NCBI GenBank assembly: GCA_964360335.1
Contig: CAYHVH010000003.1
Coordinates: 1 to 58,217 of the forward strand
DNA: 58,217 bases
Source: an uncultured Candidatus Saccharibacteria bacterium
GTDB lineage: Bacteria; Patescibacteriota; Doudnabacteria; UBA920; 2-01-FULL-46-14
Reading direction: 5' to 3'
Position numbers and translations under genes: made by a program. Shown one piece after another: positions 52,549 to 58,217 of this stretch; the first letter of the stretch is position 1; each line of letters begins with the position of its first letter. The notes below the pieces were generated by a model that did not search any database, was not told where the DNA came from, and saw nothing but the letters and a program-made list of their open reading frames with translations.

Positions 52549-52602
52549 CCTGGATTCCCGCCGGAGTTTACCCCGTACTTGATACGGGGCGGGAATGACA
52601 GG
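52549..52602. repeat. family C palindromic element
   Basis: cctggattcccgcc...ccccgtacttgatacgggg...cgggaatgacagg. Confidence 0.75.
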
Positions 52603-52638
52603 ATAAGGACAAAGTTTCCGCTGGGAAAGAACTGATAA

Positions 52639-52721
52639 CTACGAAAGTACGAATTTGTTACGAAAGTACGAAAACTCCAACTTACCTTTCGTAATTTCGT
52701 ATCGGTTTCGTAAGTTCGTAG
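52639..52721 (+). promoter_or_regulatory. long imperfect hairpin of TACGAA/TTCGTA units in the pnp 5' leader
   Basis: The left arm (52639-52675) has four TACGAA units and the right arm (52685-52721) has four TTCGTA units at matching spacing. Confidence 0.55.
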
Positions 52722-52752
52722 CAGGTTTGCCGGCAGGAAACAAAAAAGTCAA

Positions 52753-54969
52753 ATGACGAAAAGTGAATATTCCGTGACCGCCGAAGTCGGAGGGAAGTCT
52801 TGGCATTTCTCAACCGGCAAACTTGCTCCCCAGGCCTCGGGGTCGGTTCTGGTCCGAGTCGGGGATACCGTGGTAATGGCCACGGCGGTTCTGGCCAAAG
52901 AACAGCGCGCGGGCATTGACTACCTGCCGCTTTTGGTGGACTACGAAGAGAAACTCTACGCCGCCGGGAAAATCAAAGGCAGCCGCTGGGTGAAGCGCGA
53001 AGGGCGGCCGTCGGACGAAGCGGTTCTTTCGGGTCGCGTCATTGACCGGAGCCTCCGGCCGATGTTTGACGGCCGGATTAGAAATGACATTCAGGTCGTG
53101 GTTACGGTCCTGTCGGTAGATGGAGAAAACGACCCGGATATTATCGGGCTAAATGCGGCTGCGGCGGCGGTTGCCATTTCGGAAATCCCCTGGGACGGCC
53201 CGATTGCTGGCGTGCGGGTAGGGAAAATCAAGGATGAGTTCGTGCTTAACCCTTCTTTCACGAAGACCGCAAACGAGAGCGTTCTCGATTTGATTGTTTC
53301 CGGTACGGCCGAGCATATCATCATGGTGGAAGCGGGGGCGAGGGAGGTTTCCGAGGAGGAAATTCTCTCGGCCGTGGCTTTTGCCCAGAAAGAACTCAAA
53401 AAAATTACTGTAGCCATTGATGAGCTCGCCGCCCAAGCCGGCAAGGCAAAAATTGCCCTTCTTCTGTTTACTCCCAGCGAGGCGGTCAGAAACCAAGTGC
53501 AAACATATGAACCGCGGCTTCGGGAAGCGCTGTTTCGGCCCGCAAAACCAGAACGAGAGGAAGCCCTCTACCGGCTGCATCAGGAGGTCCAGAAGGCCGT
53601 CGCCGGTGAGGATGAGCATTTGCGGCTGGAGGTGAATGCCGTTTGGGAGGAGCTCATGAAAAAAATCATTCAGAGCAGTATCCTGCAAGAGGAAAAGCGG
53701 CTGGATGGGAGGCAGCCGGCGGAAATCCGCCCGATTAGCTGCGAGGTGGGACTCTTGCCCCGGGTGCACGGCAGCGGCCTGTTCCAGCGGGGCGAAACCC
53801 AGGTTTTGACGACGGTGACCCTTGGTGGTCCGGGCGACGAACAGCTCCTGGAGGACTTGGATACGGAAGAGGAGCGGAAGAAGCGATATATGCACCATTA
53901 CAATATGCCGGGATTTTCGAGCGGCGAGGTCGCTCCCATGCGCTCGCCTGGCCGCCGCGAGATCGGCCATGGGGCTTTGGCCGAGCGAGCGCTTTTGCCG
54001 ATGATCCCGCCCAAAGAAAGTTTTCCCTATACGTTGCGCTTGGTTTCCGAGGTGCTCTCCAGCAACGGCTCGACCTCCATGGCCTCGACTTGCGGCTCGA
54101 CCTTGGCCCTGATGGATGCGGGCGTGCCGATCAAAGCCCCGGTGGCGGGGATTGCGATGGGTCTGGTACTCGACAAGCAGAGCAAGACTTATAAAATTTT
54201 GAGCGATATCCAAGGCATTGAGGACGGCACCGGGCATATGGATTTCAAAGTCGCGGGCAGTAAAGCCGGTGTCACCGCGCTCCAGCTCGATATCAAAGTC
54301 AAAGGCTTGACTTTGGAAATTTTGACCGACGCCCTAGCTGCCGCTCACACCGGCCGGATGTTGATTTTGGAAAAAATCCTCGAGGCCATAAACGCCCCAC
54401 GTCCGAGCATGTCGCAGTATGCGCCGCGCATCGTGTCGTTCAAGATCAATACCGAGAAAATCCGCGAGGTTATCGGCCCCGGCGGCAAAACCATCAATGC
54501 GATTATTGCCGAGACCGGGGTGAAGATTGACATTGAAGATGACGGTACGGTGATGGTCACGTCCACCAATCAGGAGGCGTCGAAGAAGGCCGTGGACTGG
54601 ATTGAAAATCTTACCCGCGAGGTAAAAGCCGGCGAAGAATTTCAGGGACGGATCACTCGGATTATGGACTTCGGCGCGTTTGCCGAGATTTTGCCCGGCC
54701 AAGAGGGTTTGATCCACATTTCGGAGTTGGCTCCTTTTCGCGTCGACCAAGTTACGGACATTGTCCAAATCGGGGACATCGTGCCGGTGAAAGTCGTGAA
54801 TATCGACGAATTGGGGCGGATTAATCTCTCGCGCAAGGCGCTTCTGCCGGGGGCGGAGAACACTCCCTCATCGCCAGCGCCGCACCACGGCTACGGCGAC
54901 CGGGGGCCAGGGCGCGGGAGGGGAGGTCATGGCCGACCGCCACGGCGGTTCGGCGGCCCGCGCAGCTAA
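52753..54969 (+). CDS. pnp: polyribonucleotide nucleotidyltransferase (PNPase)
   Basis: Two RNase PH domains (RxDGR, GSSMASxCGxSLAL-like STSMASTCGSTLALMDAG), KH and S1 domains, and an RG-rich tail. Follows rpsO. Confidence 0.94.
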   Translation: MTKSEYSVTAEVGGKSWHFSTGKLAPQASGSVLVRVGDTVVMATAVLAKEQRAGIDYLPLLVDYEEKLYAAGKIKGSRWVKREGRPSDEAVLSGRVIDRSLRPMFDGRIRNDIQVVVTVLSVDGENDPDIIGLNAAAAAVAISEIPWDGPIAGVRVGKIKDEFVLNPSFTKTANESVLDLIVSGTAEHIIMVEAGAREVSEEEILSAVAFAQKELKKITVAIDELAAQAGKAKIALLLFTPSEAVRNQVQTYEPRLREALFRPAKPEREEALYRLHQEVQKAVAGEDEHLRLEVNAVWEELMKKIIQSSILQEEKRLDGRQPAEIRPISCEVGLLPRVHGSGLFQRGETQVLTTVTLGGPGDEQLLEDLDTEEERKKRYMHHYNMPGFSSGEVAPMRSPGRREIGHGALAERALLPMIPPKESFPYTLRLVSEVLSSNGSTSMASTCGSTLALMDAGVPIKAPVAGIAMGLVLDKQSKTYKILSDIQGIEDGTGHMDFKVAGSKAGVTALQLDIKVKGLTLEILTDALAAAHTGRMLILEKILEAINAPRPSMSQYAPRIVSFKINTEKIREVIGPGGKTINAIIAETGVKIDIEDDGTVMVTSTNQEASKKAVDWIENLTREVKAGEEFQGRITRIMDFGAFAEILPGQEGLIHISELAPFRVDQVTDIVQIGDIVPVKVVNIDELGRINLSRKALLPGAENTPSSPAPHHGYGDRGPGRGRGGHGRPPRRFGGPRS

Positions 54970-54972
54970 CTT

Positions 54973-55023
54973 GTCATTGCCTGCCTGCGGTAGGCAGGCG
55001 AGGAGCGAAGTGACGAAGCAATC
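54973..55023. repeat. family B palindromic element
   Basis: gtcattgcctgcctgcggtaggcaggcgaggagcgaagtgacgaagcaatc. Confidence 0.8.
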
Positions 55024-55106
55024 CACCCCCACTTCATCTCCCCCTATCCCGTTTGACGGGACAGGGGGAGAAAAGAGAGGGGGTCGCTCGCAAAGACCCG
55101 TAAACA

Positions 55107-55151
55107 AAACCCCGGCACCATTCCGCCCGAGGCGGATTATGCCGGGGTTTT
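55107..55151 (+). terminator. rho-independent terminator downstream of pnp
   Basis: aaaaccccggca...tgccggggttttt. Confidence 0.7.
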
Positions 55152-55390
55152 TGACTCCTTGCTCACTTGCGTTTGATTAAGGGTCTGTTGCTCATCCCCG
55201 TTGCCAAGCCAAAGCTTGGCCTTTCGTTTTCCTATTTATTTTTCAAAGAGCAGTTGGTTTTCTCTTCCCTCCCAATTTGTCTCTCCCGCCCCTCACTTGG
55301 TTTGAGGAGGAGCGTACAGCCGTATTGCTTAAGCACTTTCATCGTAGGCCTCTTTGGGAATTTGTCAAGAGGATAAGGCGATACTAATAT

Positions 55391-55425
55391 ACGAATGCAT
55401 CCGAATGATACGAATAGATGCGAAT
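55391..55425 (+). promoter_or_regulatory. four CGAAT motifs phased about 10 bp apart, 18-52 nt upstream of the tgt start
   Basis: acgaatgcat-ccgaatgat-acgaatagat-gcgaat. Confidence 0.35.
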
Positions 55426-55442
55426 AACCCATACTTTAACCA

Positions 55443-56732
55443 ATGGAATTTTTTAAGATCGTCAAAAAAGACAACAAAAGTCAAGCCCGAACGGGATTGA
55501 TTTCTACTCCGCATGGTGTTGTCCACACCCCGGCTTATCTTCCGATTGGCAGCAAGGGGAGTATCAAGGCCGTAACTGCCGAGGAGCTGAAGTTTTGGGG
55601 GGCGGAGATGATTTTGGCCAATACTTATCATCTTTGGCTGCGGCCCGGTGATACCCTAATTCACAAAGCCGGGGGGTTGCACAAATTCATGGGCTGGGAC
55701 GGTCCGATTTTTACTGATTCGGGAGGATTTCAGGTTTTTAGTTTGGGGGAAAAGCGGCGCGTCATTGCGAGCCTGCCTCGTCGGCAGACAGGCGAAGCCC
55801 CGTCTGCCGGACGGGCAGGGAAGCAATCCCAAGATCGGGGGATTGCCGCGCGCCTTTCAGGCGCTCGCAATGACAGAGATATAGACATGCCGACCCCGCT
55901 TTTGAAAAAAATCACGCAGAAGGGCGTGGAGTTTCAAAACGAACTCGACGGCACGATGCATCTTCTCACCCCCGAATCCTCGCTGCAAATCCAGTCCAAC
56001 CTCGGCTCCGACATCGCCTTAGTGCTGGACGATGTGCCGGGACTGCCGGCAGCCGAAGAGCGGATCCGAAAGTCCTTGGAGTTGACCCTGCATTGGGCGG
56101 CCCGGGCCAAAGCCCATTTTGAAAAAATTGTTGAAAGCAGTATCAATCCGGGGCAACGATTGTTGGGAATCGTCCAGGGCGGGGACTACCAGGAGCTGCG
56201 AAAAAAATCCATCGGGGCGCTCAAGGAGATTGGGTTTGACGGTTATGGCATTGGGGGACTGGCTGTGGGCGAGGATGAAGAAACTATGTATCGGGTCGTC
56301 AAATTCACTTCACCTTTGCTTGAGGAAGACAAGCCCCGGCACCTTTTGGGGGTGGGCTACCCCGAGCAGATTATAAAGGCGGTAAGCTTCGGGATGGATA
56401 CTTTTGATTGCGTGATTCCCACCCGCAACGCCCGCCACGGCCAGCTGTTCGTCAATAAAAAAGGCGGGGGCTACGAGGTTATTAGTATTAAGAACAGAGA
56501 GTTTGCCGAGGACTTCACCCCGGTGGACAATACCTGTTCCTGCTACGGCTGCACGCATCACAACCGCGCCTACCTGCGCCACTTATTTGCCGTCAAAGAG
56601 CCGCTGTCGGTCAGACTGGCGACCATGCACAACTTGCGCTTCTATCTCGACCTGATGGAAAAAGTCCGCCGGGCGATTGAGTTTGATAGTTTTGAAGAAA
56701 TGATGGATAATTATAAAGTCAAAAGACTATGA
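55443..56732 (+). CDS. tgt: tRNA-guanine transglycosylase (queuine tRNA-ribosyltransferase)
   Basis: TPHGVVHTPAYLPIG, ILANTYHL, TDSGGFQVFSL, LGSDIALVLDD, GIVQGG and the zinc site CSCYGC...H. Carries a 38-codon repeat-derived insert. Confidence 0.9.
   Translation: MEFFKIVKKDNKSQARTGLISTPHGVVHTPAYLPIGSKGSIKAVTAEELKFWGAEMILANTYHLWLRPGDTLIHKAGGLHKFMGWDGPIFTDSGGFQVFSLGEKRRVIASLPRRQTGEAPSAGRAGKQSQDRGIAARLSGARNDRDIDMPTPLLKKITQKGVEFQNELDGTMHLLTPESSLQIQSNLGSDIALVLDDVPGLPAAEERIRKSLELTLHWAARAKAHFEKIVESSINPGQRLLGIVQGGDYQELRKKSIGALKEIGFDGYGIGGLAVGEDEETMYRVVKFTSPLLEEDKPRHLLGVGYPEQIIKAVSFGMDTFDCVIPTRNARHGQLFVNKKGGGYEVISIKNREFAEDFTPVDNTCSCYGCTHHNRAYLRHLFAVKEPLSVRLATMHNLRFYLDLMEKVRRAIEFDSFEEMMDNYKVKRL
55761..55874. 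repeat. family B composite palindromic element (two inverted units), 114 nt, codon-aligned inside tgt
   Basis: gtcattgcgag...gaagcaatc / gattgc...ctcgcaatgac. 55761-55443=318 (a multiple of 3) and the length is 114. Confidence 0.9.
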
Positions 56733-58051
56733 GTGTGACTTTAGAAAAAATTGTAAATTTATGCAAACGCCGTGGGATAATCTTCCCCGGGTCGGAGATC
56801 TATGGGGGGTTAGCAAACACTTGGGATTATGGCCCCTTGGGGGCGGAACTTTTGAATAACCTCAAGGCGTTGTGGTGGAAGAAGTTTGTGACCGAGCGCG
56901 AGGATGTGGTGGGCCTTTCGTCCGGGGTTTTAATGAATTCCAAAGTCTGGGAGGCCTCGGGGCACCTGAAAAGTTTTACTGATCCTTTGGTGGAGTGCAA
57001 AGTTTGCCATCTCCGGTTTAGGGCGGATCAGGAGGAATTCAAAAAGCATGAACACCGAGATTTCACCAAGCCCCAGGATTTTAATTTGATGTTCAAGACT
57101 TTCGTGGGGGCGGTGGAGGATAAAGCTCACGCCACGTATCTCCGGCCGGAAACCGCCCAAGGGATGTTTGTGAATTTTCCGCAGATTGTTGATACCTCTC
57201 GGGTCAAGGTTCCCTTTGGAATCGCCCAGATTGGCAAATCGTTCCGAAACGAAATTACGGCCGGCAATTTTATTTTTCGCACCATCGAATTTGAAATCGC
57301 TGAAATCGAATACTTTGTCAAGCCCGGAAACGATGAGGAAGCGTTCGAGCAGTGGCTTTCCTTCATGCAAAAATTTTTGACCCTTGAGTTGGGCTTGAAA
57401 AAAGAGCACTTGAGGCTTTACGAGCATCCCAAAAAATCTTTGGCCCATTACAGTAAGCGCACGGTTGATATCCAATACCAATTCCCGTGGGGCTGGGATG
57501 AGCTCTGGGGCCTGGCTAATCGCACGGATTTTGATTTGGGTCAGCACGAAAAACTTTCCGGCAAGTCCATGAAGTATCGCGACCCGGACAGCAACGAGGA
57601 GTATATCCCTTACGTGATTGAACCGACAGGTGGGATCGAGAGGACTCTTCTGGCCGTACTGCTTGACAGCTATACCGAGGTCAAGGGTGGCCGGACGACG
57701 ACCACGGAAGCGACTAAAGAGATTGAGGTTGTTTTGAAGCTCTCGAAGGTCTTGGCGCCGGTGAAGGTTGCGGTGCTTCCTTTGTCTAAAAAGCCGGAAC
57801 TTATCAAAGTCGCGCGGGGTATTTTTGACGAGTTAAAAATGCACTGGCCTTGCCAATATGACGAAGTTGCCTCCATCGGCCGCCGTTACCGGAGACAGGA
57901 CGAAATCGGCACACCGTATTGTATTACCGTAGATTTTGAGAGCTTGGAAGACAAGAGAGTGACGGTGCGGGACCGGGACAGCATGAAGCAGGAGAGGATT
58001 CCTATTGCGGATTTGGCGAGGCATTTAGCAGATAAGTTGGGGGATTCGTAG
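56729..58051 (+). CDS. glyQS: glycine--tRNA ligase (class II, single-chain type)
   Basis: RRGIIFPGSEIYGGLANTWDYGPLG, LRPETAQG, FRNEI and a C-terminal anticodon-binding domain. Confidence 0.9.
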   Translation: MSVTLEKIVNLCKRRGIIFPGSEIYGGLANTWDYGPLGAELLNNLKALWWKKFVTEREDVVGLSSGVLMNSKVWEASGHLKSFTDPLVECKVCHLRFRADQEEFKKHEHRDFTKPQDFNLMFKTFVGAVEDKAHATYLRPETAQGMFVNFPQIVDTSRVKVPFGIAQIGKSFRNEITAGNFIFRTIEFEIAEIEYFVKPGNDEEAFEQWLSFMQKFLTLELGLKKEHLRLYEHPKKSLAHYSKRTVDIQYQFPWGWDELWGLANRTDFDLGQHEKLSGKSMKYRDPDSNEEYIPYVIEPTGGIERTLLAVLLDSYTEVKGGRTTTTEATKEIEVVLKLSKVLAPVKVAVLPLSKKPELIKVARGIFDELKMHWPCQYDEVASIGRRYRRQDEIGTPYCITVDFESLEDKRVTVRDRDSMKQERIPIADLARHLADKLGDS

Positions 58052-58131
58052 AGATTGCTTCTCCCGACACGTCGGGATCGCAATGACAATAAAATAAGCG
58101 TCATTGCGAGGAGCAACGCGACGAAGCAATC
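58051..58131. repeat. family B palindromic elements (two units)
   Basis: gagattgcttctcccgacacgtcgggatcgcaatgac and gtcattgcgaggagcaacgcgacgaagcaatc. Confidence 0.85.
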
Positions 58132-58217
58132 CAAAGAATAGTAATTTGAATAGAATAATAAAATTACGCGAGTATTTGGCGCAGGCTGAGTTATCAGCTT
58201 TTTTAGTTTTGACCAAA

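Noticed and set aside
53149-54237. 362-aa ORF on the minus strand
   Set aside because: It is antisense to pnp, so it is a shadow frame.
7973-58131. Possibility that the dispersed palindromic repeats form a CRISPR array
   Set aside because: Copies are scattered over 50 kb with no regular repeat-spacer periodicity. They occur inside genes and no cas genes are present.

Overview
58.2-kb bacterial chromosome fragment. Sampled 60-nt lines are about 48% GC, with a few patches near 62%; GC was not computed window-wide. Compact operons, core genes without a Shine-Dalgarno sequence, a type IV pilus operon with no secretin, and dense short palindromic repeats suggest a small-genome Patescibacteria/CPR-like organism. 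That placement is an inference and is unverified.

Content in order:
1. 0-9 kb: surface-glycan cluster (aldo/keto reductase, capsule-synthesis-like protein, GT2, methyltransferase, two SDRs, TIM-barrel sugar isomerase, NeuA-type cytidylyltransferase, GmhA-like SIS protein).
2. 9.5-13.3 kb: priming sugar-phosphate transferase, divergent from an O-antigen-ligase/TPR protein.
3. 13.3-21.6 kb: pilus operon (pilB, pilC, two pseudopilins, a beta-helix protein, pilM/N/O-like).
4. 21.6-21.9 kb: tRNA cluster in which an intact tRNA-Lys(CUU) is nested between the two halves of a tRNA-Lys(UUU)-like gene.
5. holA, archease-rtcB, a ZIP transporter and a cyclase.
6. A zwf-X-gnd operon with an unknown gene in the middle position.
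7. 32-38 kb: accessory stretch (DUF134 protein, GC-rich orphans, a higBA-like pair, a two-gene orphan module, DEAD-box helicase, HAD hydrolase). Genes here are separated by one conserved terminator/extended -10 element.
8. tRNA-His and tRNA-Arg behind a roughly 200-nt structured leader RNA that has its own promoter.
9. 38.9-46.8 kb: a GC-rich secreted protein, then four tightly coupled large orphan genes (941, 949, 99 and 264 aa). This is my best candidate for an undescribed system.
10. clpB, a Xer-type recombinase inside a repeat hotspot, rpsO-pnp, tgt and glyQS.

The most unusual sequence-level signal is a set of short palindromic element families. Five copies are codon-aligned, frame-preserving insertions inside conserved genes: the cytidylyltransferase, the cyclase, gnd, tgt and a prepilin leader.
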